Below are positions 52,790 through 64,000 of a stretch of 64,000 bases of DNA, one piece after another. The stretch is from Octopus sinensis (lineage: Eukaryota), in assembly GCF_006345805.1 (NCBI RefSeq), contig NC_043006.1:69502001-69566000 (forward strand). Reading direction: 5' to 3'. Under the pieces are notes generated by a model that saw only the letters and a list, made by a program, of their open reading frames with translations, was not told the DNA's origin and ran no database searches. Numbering within the stretch: the stretch's first letter is position 1; each line of letters starts with the position of its first letter. The position numbers and the translations under genes are program-made.

Positions 52790-53570
52790 GTAATAGATGT
52801 GGCTGTTATGATGTTGGTGATGGCAGAGAAGATGTTGTTGGTGGTGGTGCTGTCTTGTTGTGGTTGTGGTGGTGGTGGAGGAATCGGCTGTGTTGTTAAT
52901 TGTGGTTGCGTTGTTGTTGCTGGGGTGAATGTTGTGGCATTGGTGGTGGTCGTGTCAGTGGTTGTGGTGGTAGTGTTACTGCTCCTATTGTTTTATCGAT
53001 TGTGGTGGCGGCGGTTGTAATGATGATGGTGGTAGTATTGCAGCTGGTGCTGTTTCTATAGCTGTAGAGGTGGTAGTTCTGGTAGTTGTGGTGGTTCTAT
53101 AGTGGTGATAGTTGTGGTAGTGGTGATCGTGGTGGTAGTGGTGGTGGTTGTGGTTATAGTAGTGGTTATTGTGGTAATGGTGGCTGTGGTAATGGTGGTA
53201 GTTGTAGTGGTGGTGGTGGTGGTTGGGGTAGTGGTGGTGATTCTGGCAGTGGTGGTGGCTGTGGTAATGATGGTTGTTGTGGTAATAGTGGTAGTTGTGG
53301 TGGTGGTAGTTGTAGTTGTGGTGATGATTCTGGCAGTGATGGTAGTTGTGGTGGTGGTTGTGGTAGTGGTGGTTATCGTAGTGGCAGTGGTTGCAGTGGT
53401 GGTGATTCTGGCAATGGTGGTGGTAGTGGTGGTAGTTCTGGTAATTGTAGTGATTCTGGCAGTGGTGGTGGTTGCGGTAGTGGTGTGTTTGTGAAGGCGA
53501 TGGAAATAATATTACTGCTGCTATTAGTTCTAGAATTGCCGTCGTGGTTGTAGTAGTGGTGGTTGTGTTT
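52790..53570. repeat. Degenerate (GTG/GTA/GTT)n low-complexity tract
   Basis: Poly-V and Gly/Ser/Cys ORFs in parallel frames, with recurrent sub-unit GTGATTCTGGCAGTG. Confidence 0.88.
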
Positions 53571-53994
53571 GAGGTATGGGCGTTAGTGTTGCCACAGGTA
53601 CTATTTCTAGTATTTTTGTGGTGTTAGCGGTGATATAATAATTCATGCTCTCGTTGCCGTTGTTGTAAAATGGCGTTCTTCTTATTGTGCACGTTCTTCT
53701 TATTGTCGTGATGATGGCACCGTTCCATGTTGTTGTTGATGTTGTCGCTGTAATGGCGGCGGCAGTGTTGTCTTTCTGCTAAGGATATTGTTTTTGTTGT
53801 TCATAATGCAATGGCGATGCGGATGTTGTCACTGGTAGGGGTAGTGGTCGTTGTTGCTGTTGTTCTTTTAACTAAGATTGTCAAGGACACAGTATTATTT
53901 TTAGTGGTATTGGTGTTGGATCCAGTTGGTGCTTTTGTTTCGTTATTTTCATGGGTGTAGTCACTGTTTTCATTGTTGCTATGATTATTTTTTA

Positions 53995-54762
53995 TTCTAG
54001 CCACAAGGCCCGAAATTTTGGGGGACATCGGCGGAATTTGAACTCAGAACGTAAAGACAGACGAAGTACTGCTAAGCATTTCGCCCGGCGTGCTAACGTT
54101 TCTGCCAGCTCGCTGTCTTATTATGAATAAATATTCTTTTCTACTCTAGGCACAAGGCCTGAAATTTGGGGGGAGAAGCCCAGTCGATTACATCGACCCC
54201 AGAACGCAACTGGTACTTAATTTATCGGCCCCGAACGGTAACGTCGACCTCGGCGGAATTTGAACTTAGACCGTAAAGACAGAGAAACTACCGCTATGCT
54301 TTTCGCCCGGCGTGCAAACATTTTTATTTTGAATAAATATTCTTTTCTACTCTAGGCACAAGTCCCTAAATGTTTGGAGAGGAGTCCAGTCGATTAGATC
54401 GATTCCAGTGCGCAACTGGTACCTAATTTATCGACCCCGAAAATATGAAAGGCAAAGTCGACATCGGCGGAATTTGAACTTAAAGAGACGTAATATCACC
54501 AAGCAGTTCGCCCGACGTGCTAACGTTTCTTATTTCTTTATTGCCCACAAGGGGCTAAACATACAGGGGACAAACAAGGACAGACAAAGGGATTAAGTCG
54601 ATTACATCGACCCCAGTGCGTAACTGGTACTTATTTAATCGACCCCGAAAGGATGAATGGTAAAGTCGACCTCGGTGGAATTTGAACTCAGAACGTAGCG
54701 GCAGACGAAATACTGCCAAGCATTTCTCCCGGCGTGCTAACGGTTCTGCCAGCTCGCCGCTT
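53995..54762 (-). mobile_element. SINE family A array (about four units)
   Basis: Repeated cores. The junction tgaataaatattcttttctactctaggcacaag occurs twice (~54125, ~54330). Confidence 0.88.
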
Positions 54763-55461
54763 TTGATATGATTTTTGTTGCTGTTGTTGATGTTATTACT
54801 GATGTATACAGGAATGTACCAATAGATACGCTGTATCTCTTCCCGTGTATTCCAGATAAATTTGTGTAACGCAGAATAGTGTGTATGTGTATGTGGGTGT
54901 TGTACCTGTGTGCGTGCTTACATCAATGTGTTGTTTTTTTTCTGTACACAAAAATAAATATCCAGGTCGTGATGGTGCTCAAGCGTAAATTATTACTCTG
55001 TCTTTTATCTATAACATGTAGATGTTTGACATGACATGTTTATGCATATATATATATATTGTATGCATGCATGTGGCATATCAATAGAACAATAACTTGC
55101 AGTGTATATTCCTTAAAGATACACAATGCAAAAGGTACTCACATTGTTATATGCAGTCAATATATGCATTCAAATAATCGCAATGATGTCATCATCATAA
55201 ATATTCACATATTATAGAATCAGGACAAAGACAGTTGAATTTTATATACACATTTTTCGCATTTTATATACACGCTCACAAAAGCACACATACGTGTGTA
55301 TGAGTGCATAACTTTGTGTGTGTTTGTTTGAGTGAGTGCGCGTGCGACTTTGCGATTTTTTAGTCCTTGGTTTGAAGGTATGAAAAACTGGAAAATTTGA
55401 AAATAAGTCTTCGTTTCACAAAACTTAAAATGCAGTTTCAGTCGCCATAAAACATTATAAA

Positions 55462-55499
<38 letters not shown>

Positions 55500-55523
<24 letters not shown>

Positions 55524-55742
55524 ATGTTTGTGTGTCTGTTTTTGTCCCCACAACATCGCTTGACAACCAATGCTGGTGTGTTTACGTCCCCGTAACTTAG
55601 CGGTTCGGCAAAAGAGACCGATCGAATAAGTACTAGGCTTCCAAAGAATAAGTCCTGGGATCGATTTGCTCGACTAAAGGCGGTGCTCCAGTATGGCTAC
55701 AGTCACATGACTGAAACAAGTAAAAGAGTATAAGAGAGTAAA
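55500..55742 (+). mobile_element. 3' half of SINE family B
   Basis: caacatcgcttgacaacc...gactgaaacaagtaaaagagta. Confidence 0.88.
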
Positions 55743-56156
55743 AAGTATATAACTTTATGACTATTTTATGAGCGTTTTTGTTGTACTTATGTATAGTTTC
55801 GACATTTTTCATACGCAAACACACCTATGTCAGTTAGTGGAAATAAAATATACTAAGCCACCTCGATGTATTTATACTAGTAGCATGTGCAACTAGACAT
55901 TTTTTGATAGGTCACTAAATACAACTCCATTTTTGTGAACAGGTATGAATTCAAGCCCAGATGTTTGAGTCCAGGGGATTCTCGGCGAAGTTCACACCAC
56001 ATTCGGATCGAGATTAAATTCATAATGAAGCTTCTTAAAAGTTTACTCAATAATTTGTTTGCAGCGAAGTGTCTTGATATGTGCTTCTGATATTGTTTTC
56101 GTCCATTATACAACGACGGATGGATGAACAGTTGGCCCTTGGAATCCTTTTAAATA

Positions 56157-56303
56157 CAAGAGTTGCTGAGAAGTTCCTGGCTTTAAGGGTATCGCGAAAG
56201 ACCTCATTGGAGGCCGAAACTTCAGAGTTCTTTTACAGGGCTTAGAAAAACTGAAGGACCTCTGCAAGAAGTGTGTGAATTTGAGAGGGGAATATGCAAA
56301 ATA
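56157..56303 (+). mobile_element. Third, truncated copy of the irritans-like mariner MITE
   Basis: Homologous to 19870-20020. The right end is lost in a microsatellite. Confidence 0.82.
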
Positions 56304-58800
56304 AGATTATACACACACACACACACACACATACATATATATATATGTATATATATATATCAAAGGATGTGTTATAATACTATTCCACAGTCATACCAAC
56401 AATCCAACATACCTCCATCATCAGCTGCCCCACGTATACATATATATATATATATATATACATATATATACATATACATACATATATATACATATACATA
56501 CATATATATATTTATATATAAATACATACATATATATATATATATAAATACATACATATATATATATATAAATACATACATATATATATATATATAAATA
56601 CATACATATATATATATATATATAAATACATACATACACGTACATACATATGTAGACACATCATTGCATAGCTTTACAGGGTACATACATAACATATACA
56701 TTCCCATGCATGCGTACCACTTACATGTACAGTCAGTCACAGATATACACAAACATACACGCACAAACACACACACTCAAAGAAATTGTAATAAGCATTT
56801 AGCGGGAAAGTAGGCTTAAGAGTCTTAGAAAACATGAAACAATTCTATTTTCCTCCTTACAGGAAAGCTGCTGCTGCAGTTGATAATATTCTTGATACTA
56901 TTTAGCCACAGGGCAGCTCTGATCATGATCTGTAATCACCTTCCAACCGTGCCCATTCCATCTAATTTTTGATACTGTGCTTTAAAGTTAAACCGAATCA
57001 TTCTTTTTGCTAAGTGGATAGAGTGTGATTTCAGGCAGATTTGGCTGCAATCTTTAGCATAGAATTCTCTCGCTTATTCTATATGACTATTATTGTTGTT
57101 TAGATCTACATAATCTCTGGTAGATTTAATGTAAGCTCAAAGAAGTAACAGCCAAAATTATTTCTCGGTATATTCAGCCACATTACATCTAAATCCACAT
57201 TATCCAATTGTCTAACTTCACCATATCAAGGACTACATTATCCAAAGACAGAAGAGTGTGATTTAATGGAGATTGGGTTGCTATTTCTAGCAACTGAAGT
57301 GTACACAATGAGGCTCCTTCATTCTCTCATTACTGTAAGATTTCCTCAAGATGGCATCCTTACCAATTTTAATCAGCTCAGTTATCAACGCTATCTCTAG
57401 ATCTAAGTACGTAGACATTGCACTTAGAAATAACAGATCACGCAGTGCTGCCCCCTGGCAGTAACGAAACCCCTACAATCTGTCATAATAAACAAATAAT
57501 GATTCTATAGCAACAGATGTGACCCACATTGCTATACAATGATCGAAGTGTAAGAAAAAGGTTGGTGAAATTGTGTCTCTATTAATATTCTTCACACATG
57601 CGCACAGATACACGCGCACGTGTATGCGTGTAGTCATATAATTGATACCATTATTCACCAACTAAATACGTTTGCCTGTGTTTGTAACTGTGCGAATCCA
57701 TCTACCTTCGTACTAATTATCTGTCTGTCTGTCTGTCACCCTGTCTATTTGATTATGTATTTGCCTAACTGTACATCTCTCTCTCATGTATATATATATA
57801 TATATATATAATTATCTGTCTATCAATCTGTCTGTGTATCTTTGTCTCTCTCTCTCTCTCCATACTCCGTCCTCTTTGTCTCTCTCTCTTTCTCTCTCTC
57901 TCTTCATACTCCGTCCTGTCTCTCTCTCTCCCTCTCTCACGTATTATATGTTTTAGTATATTCATATATATGCCTTTCGAACTATGTATCTTTGTCTCTC
58001 TCTCTCTCTCTTCACACTCCCTCCCTCCCCTCTCTCTTTCTCTTTCTTTCCGTGTGTGCTAAACCACCCCTTCCCACATATCTACCCATGTATATAAACA
58101 ACATCACTAGCTAACGCCACGCCTATCAGTCCCTACCCACATCTGACACGGAACTCATGTGATCCACCACTATAGACCACCGCAATCTACAGTTCCGTCT
58201 CATATTGCGGGTTTTTTACTAACAGAAAACTCCTTACAGCGCAGAGCCAGCCAAAGCCCAAGAGCAGGACCAATACAAGTATACATAACTCAGCAGATTA
58301 CATACAACCACGCCTCTGGGGATTGAAATTACAGAATCGTAACTGGCAGCTGTTACAAGTTCTTTACCATCATCGCCCCGACACTAATGGGTTGACCGAA
58401 TTCCTGATAGAGGGGGCCAACGGGAGGAGGGTCGCAGAGAGGGACACTGAGGAGCACGAATCGGAGCGAGGAGAGGTAGAGAAGTGATAAGGTGTAGGGG
58501 GCAGATAGAGTGTGTGTGTGTGTGTCTGGAAGGAGTGGAAAGTGAGAGGGGACGATGGAGTCTGAGAGAAAGTGCAAGAGTGGCGGAGAGAGAGGGGAAA
58601 AGAGAGAAAGAAAGATGGAAAGAGGAAAAAGCGTCTCCTTCTACCTTTATTCTCCCCCCCCATACCAGACCAGACCATTCCACTTTCTCTCCCTCCCCTC
58701 TTTATATAATAAAATATGGACAGTAATAAACAAGTGAAGAAAAAATATATAGTGCTTGTGTTTATTTGACAAGAAAAAATGACCATCCAGAAATACTACA

Positions 58801-58853
<53 letters not shown>

Positions 58854-59055
58854 GTTATTATTTAAGGTGACGTAAGACACCAGGTGACGTTAACACACCA
58901 GATAAAATACTTAGTGGTATTTCGCCTGTCTTTACGTTCTGAGTTCAAATCCTTTTGGAATTGATGAAAACAAATACCAGTCGAGCACTCGAGTCGATGT
59001 AATCGATTAGTCTCCTCTCTTTGCGACTAAAATTGAAATGATTATTATTATCATT

Positions 59056-59345
59056 AGCGGTGGTTAGGGTGTTGCACTCACGATCTCGAGATTGTGATTC
59101 AATTCCTAGACCGGACGGCGCGATATTTTCTTGAGCAAAAATCCTCATCTCACATTACTCTGCAATCCATTCGACACCTGACGCGTGGTACAACGTTCAC
59201 CTGTTCAGGCAACGTTGGTCTGATGGAAGGAGTGAGTTTATTAAAAGCACATACATTTGAGCGTTATTAACAAATCATTTGTGCAGGTCGTTCGGCAAAA
59301 ACTGAACACACATACGCCATCTTCGACTGAAGAATCCATCATTAT
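59056..59345 (+). mobile_element. SINE group C, H2-like head with another 3' module
   Basis: gtggttagggtgttgcactcacgatc...ttcttgagcaaaa followed by sequence unlike T1-T3. Confidence 0.6.
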
Positions 59346-59438
59346 TATTTAAACATCAGGTTGCACTGTGTGGCATTGCCTTCATCAACTATAGACAAGA
59401 GATCCCAACTATTTCGGCACAATCTGACAGCATCACCT

Positions 59439-59888
59439 GAGGAAGCGCAATGACACAGTGGTCGTAAGAACGCGGTTTCGATTCCCAGACGGGCATTGTG
59501 AGTGTTTACTGAACAAAAACACCTAAGCTCCACGAGGCTCCGGTAGGGAGTGGTGGCGATCCCTGCTGTACTCTTTCGCCACAACTTTCTCTCACTCTTT
59601 CTTCCTACTTTTACTACAAAGCAGAGGAACCATGGTGTAACCCACTATGGTGTGGTAAACTTTCAAACTCTAGTCTAGATTGCGATGTGAACTCTCCACC
59701 CGTTAAAAAAGCCACCGTTTACAGAATGAGGATAACAACGTAGCTTTCGCGCCGTGCAACCGCCAGTCTATCGCGTGTGGTGAGTGGATCTTCAAGTTGC
59801 CACACGCATTGTTAGTAGCTTGGAGTAGGCTCGAATTAGAGATTATAACTTTGTGGTTAATGGCATGAGTCCTGATTGAAAGGAGAAG
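59439..59888 (+). mobile_element. SINE group C, head H1 + tail T3
   Basis: Inverted homolog of 33048-33500. Confidence 0.85.
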
Positions 59889-60137
59889 CGGTGTCGAAGT
59901 GAAGGGGCGTCAATGCTACCTAGAAATAATTAGCGCCGTCTAGATTACACCATTACCGCTTCGCTATCCATGCATCCACCAGACCAACCCTACTGTAGCG
60001 ACGCCAGCATTGCAGCGGCTACTTTCTTTTTACTACTCACTGACGTTTGTGGTGATTTGTTTTGTTGTTTTGTTTGTTTGTTGCGAATACATAGTGCTAT
60101 GGTTTCGAGTCCCATGCATACAGCAAACCCTGTTTTG

Positions 60138-60387
60138 TGGAGGCGCGTGTGGCTTAGTGGTTAGGGTGTTGAACTCATGATCGTAAGGTTGCGGTTTCGA
60201 TTTCTGGACCGAGCGATGCGTTGTGTTCTTGAGCAAAACACTTCATTTTCACGTTGCTCAAGTCCACTCAGCCGGCAAAAATGAGTAATCCAGCAACGGA
60301 CCAGCGTCCCGTCCAGGTGGGGAATTTCTACACCACTGAAACCGGGAAACCGGCCCTTATGAGCCTGGCATGGCTCGAGAAGGAACA
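60138..60387 (+). mobile_element. SINE group C, head H2 + tail T2
   Basis: Head as at 31428-31753; tail ggaccagcgtcccgtccagg...gaaaccgggaaaccggccc...gagaaggaac as at 39703. Confidence 0.85.
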
Positions 60388-61697
60388 TTTATTTTTTTAT
60401 TTTTTGTTTAATTTTTTACACTTCAGAAAGAGAACTGAACACGTAGAGGTGAAGAGAAATGACATATTTAGTCTAGAAATTGTGAGCCCATGTTTTCAAA
60501 ACCTGCAACATGGCTTCAAGACGGTAGTTATTCTATTTCAATATTTTGTGTTCAAACATACTTCTGTTTATTTGTGATTTGTCTCAAAGTATAGTTTTCT
60601 ATCAAACTCAATCACCTGCACCGATTTACTGCCATATGTGTGCAAATGCGCGCGCGCGTGTGTGTGTTTATATGTACAAGGCGTTAAACTATAAGATAAT
60701 CATATTAGAGAATGTAGTCCAAGATACATTATGCCTGACGAATCTGTTTGGATAGTCAATAAGACTAAACAGAGCATTAAACAACATCGTCACACCGAGT
60801 AATGTAGTACTAGATATATTATGCGTGAATAATCTATCAGGATGATCTTAAAGGACTCAACAGAGCGCTAAGTAACAATCTGGTCACACCGGATAAAGCA
60901 ATCCGAAATACATTATGTCTAAATAAAAGGCATTGCCATGTTTGGGTTGTCTTTGATTATTCGGTTGAATATCTTCTGGATTAGAATTAACCTCGAGCTA
61001 CTCATGAAAATCATTCACAACATTATCAACAATAATAATAATGTGAAGGATTCTAAAAATAGATCTTTACAACACCTAGATCTTTTAATCTGACATTGAC
61101 GAAGTGTTTATTCCCGATACGTTTAAATATCAGAAGAGGAAAATAATTTTTTCCGCCATACTTCTGGAGGTTGTAGTAATATAGGATTGCTTATTATTTC
61201 CGAAATACAGAATTAACATCACAGCATCTCCTTTCTCACGACAGTGCCCTAATATCTCCAGCGCTCTTCCCCCATCCCACCTCCATCCCTACTTCCAACG
61301 TATTCTGGACCTTAAATATCATAGGTGGAAAGTAATGTGGGTAGCGGAAAAAATTCCAACTATACTAAGTCGTCTTTGCCTTCCAATCTTTTCGGAGTCG
61401 ATAAAATAAGAACCACTTATTTTATCGACACCCACCACCCGACTCACTTCATTTCCCCTAAATTACTAGCATTGTTCTAAAATTTGAAACTATTATTCAA
61501 GGTGGTGAACTGGTGGAATCGTTAGCATTTCTTCAGGCTAAGATATACCATCCGGACTTGAAACAATAGGTTAAAAGTTATGTGGCACAGCATTAATAAC
61601 ACAGCATCACCAACGGTAACGTTAACACCAACGCCATCATCTCAGTCGTTGCATTTATCACTATATTGTCAAAGCTACCACCACAACCACCATACAA

Positions 61698-61953
61698 TTG
61701 GGTTGGTGCATAATTATTGCAGCTTTTTTTCAACAAATTTTATTCAACAAAAACAATAACAATATGTAACAAAAACATCTTTAAATGATTATTCCGGAGC
61801 ATATTCAACATCTACTTCAATTACTGCTTCCCATTTGTTTGGCAGTCGGTCGGAATATTCATTTAAAGATGCTTTTGTTAGATATAGCTATTGTTTTTGT
61901 TAAATAGAATGTGTTGAAAAAAAAAAAGCCGCAATAATTATGCACCAACCTAA
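61698..61953. mobile_element. Mariner-derived fold-back MITE with ~100-bp inverted arms
   Basis: TIR TT(G/A)GGTTGGTGCATAATTATTGC. Arms 61698-61796 and 61851-61953. The minus-strand centre encodes RLPNKWEAVIEVDVEYAPE*, a mariner C-terminus. Confidence 0.88.
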
Positions 61954-62399
61954 ATATTACATCTACCGCTGACGTCTACGTCGCCAATGAAAACACCACC
62001 ACTACAGTTGCCACCAAAACGAACCTCCACAACCATAACCACGACTACCACCACCTCAACCATATCGTGAAAACTATTACTGCTAACGGTTATCATATCA
62101 CTTAGTATTACACAAATACATTCTGCAGACCGAAACCTTACATTTGTATTTTTGTAGAAGTCAATAAATTTGTATTTTTGTAGAAGTCAATAAAATAATA
62201 GAATAGGTTCTTTCTTATAACAAACTGCCACAACTACTATCACGCCAACCACCAACACCACTGCCCACACAGCTACTATTACTACTACCATCAACACAAC
62301 TGCCACAACCAATACCATTACCACTGCAAAAGCCACTTCCACCACCACAATCACCACTACCACCTCTACTACAATCACTGCTTAGCACAAAACTTTAAT

Positions 62400-62590
62400 A
62401 CCTATTTCTTTACTACCCACAAGGGGCTAAACACAGAAGGGACAAACAAAGACAGACAAACGGATTAAGTCGACTACATCGACCCCAGTGCGAAACTGGT
62501 ACTTAATTTATCGACCCCGAAAGGATGAAAGGCAAAGTCGACCTCGGCGGAATTTGAACACAGAACGTAGCGGCAGACGAAATACCACTT
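62400..62590 (-). mobile_element. SINE family A copy (head-truncated)
   Basis: Reverse complement of the core and tail. Confidence 0.85.
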
Positions 62591-62759
62591 TAATACCACC
62601 AAAAGCGAACCCTTTCGTCATAGCTTTTTATCCACCACAGCACCAACAGCAAAATCAATACCACCGCCCCCATCGCCAACACTGCAATCGACACCAGCAT
62701 CACCACCATCGTCACAATCATCACCGACAGCAAATGCACAATTTTTCATCCGTTACTAC

Positions 62760-63100
62760 CATCATCATCATTAACAGCAACAATAACAGTAGATTAGTTG
62801 CGTCTTGGCCGAGTCTTCCGTGTCTACATCTGCTATGGCTACCATGCAGTGTTATGATGGACAATGAAATAAGTGTAATATGTTTAGACTGCCACACTGC
62901 ATCACACAGCATTCATTACTACATGTCTGAATGCGCAGTATCTGCTTTCATGCAGTAATAGACTGAGTGGTTGAACGATTGCAAATGTCCTCATTATGAC
63001 AATGAGCCCAATGCATATCTTCTCTGCATGTCAGAGCAGGCAGTGTTGAGGTCCTCTAGATGAGGATATTGTATAACTGCGTAAAGGAATATGTAGGTGG
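62760..63100 (-). mobile_element. Possible old RTE-like LINE 3' remnant
   Basis: Weak similarity to the post-RT pattern (..LSIITLHG..R.RHGRL..) followed by (TGA/TGT)n. Heavily degenerate. Confidence 0.3.
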
Positions 63101-63269
63101 TGGCTTGTCGTTTAGTAGACTCTCTGCATTGTATGGAAATGCTGAATCACGACTGACTTGAGCTTACACAACAATAACAGTAAATACAACAGCAATATAA
63201 ATAACACTATCAAGGACTAGAATAACAGTCAACATTACCAGTTTTACCATTACTGTTACTATTATTATT

Positions 63270-63445
63270 AAGGCGACGAGCTGGCTGAATCGTTAGAACG
63301 TCGGGCAAAATGCTTAGCGGTATTTCGTCCGACTTTAGGTTCTGAGTTCAAATGCCGCCAGGTTCGATAAATTAAGTACCAGTGATGTAGATGTAATCGA
63401 ATAGTCCCCTTCCCCAAAATTTCAGGTCTTGTGCCTGTAGTAGAA
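63270..63445 (+). mobile_element. SINE family A copy with internal deletion
   Basis: aggcgacgagctggctgaatcgttag...gagttcaaatgcc, preceded by (TTA)n. Confidence 0.82.
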
Positions 63446-64000
63446 TTGATTATTGCTATTATTATTGCAATTTCGATTATCATCATCATCATCATCATCA
63501 CAACCACTATCAGCCCGCACCACTCCGCCTCCATTATCCTCGCCGTTGTTATCATCATCTTCAAGGAAGTCCCTGTTTCGACACATTCAAGCCTAGTCCC
63601 TCCTCTTTTCCATCACCTCATCTGTAAAGCTAAATCTCTCTATGGTATTTCTCCAAATTTCCCAAATATCTCAGTGTAAATGTTATTATATTCAAGTTTT
63701 GTGACTTCAGCTACTGTTTACCCCATTATATCAAGATGCGCCTGTGTATCATGTACACAAACACAGTTAAAACACAAGCATAGACAGACAGATAGCTAGC
63801 TAGCTAGATAATTTGTAAGTGTATTTTTATGTAAAAATAAATAGTTATTGACTTTAAATATTCATTAATCTGAATTTCAGACATGTTAATGCGTGACTAA
63901 TTATTCAGATATTCGCAAGAACAATTTTTTAAAATGACAGTAATCAGATTCACTTAACCTTATTCTTACTTTAGACGTCAAATATTGCTAGGAATGTTCC

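Noticed and set aside
53086-53553. Gly/Ser/Cys-rich ORF resembling a keratin-associated or structural protein
   Set aside because: It sits in a GTG-type triplet tract with a parallel poly-Val frame and has no ATG start, signal peptide or splice signals. Similar tracts occur at 13 kb and 62 kb.
62142-62194. 26-bp direct duplication (atttgtatttttgtagaagtcaataa x2)
   Set aside because: A simple local slippage duplication with no insert between the copies.

Overview
This is eukaryotic, AT-rich, repeat-saturated genomic DNA. The SINE families, mariner/RTE fragments and giant (TA/CA)n tracts suggest a coleoid cephalopod, most likely Octopus (inferred from recalled repeat families). Most ORFs in the supplied track are microsatellite artefacts. 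The only host gene I can support is a minus-strand SLC1A/EAAT-type glutamate (dicarboxylate/amino acid:cation) transporter. It has a 43-nt exon at 30181-30223 ([R]NMFPDNIITSCFDS) spliced in phase across a ~26.3-kb intron to a 121-nt exon at 3743-3863 (glycosylated TM4 loop), plus a possible 15-nt microexon at 3114-3128. The rest is intronic or unassigned. It holds three tRNA-derived SINE groups (one forming multimers, one with shuffled head/tail modules), mariner/Tc1 relics and MITEs, RTE and Tx1/L1-like LINE fragments, a Helitron 3' end and a Penelope-like repeat with a hammerhead-ribozyme-like motif. Several large fold-back palindromes are also present. All calls come from reading by eye, and repeat boundaries are approximate unless TSD/TIR coordinates are given.
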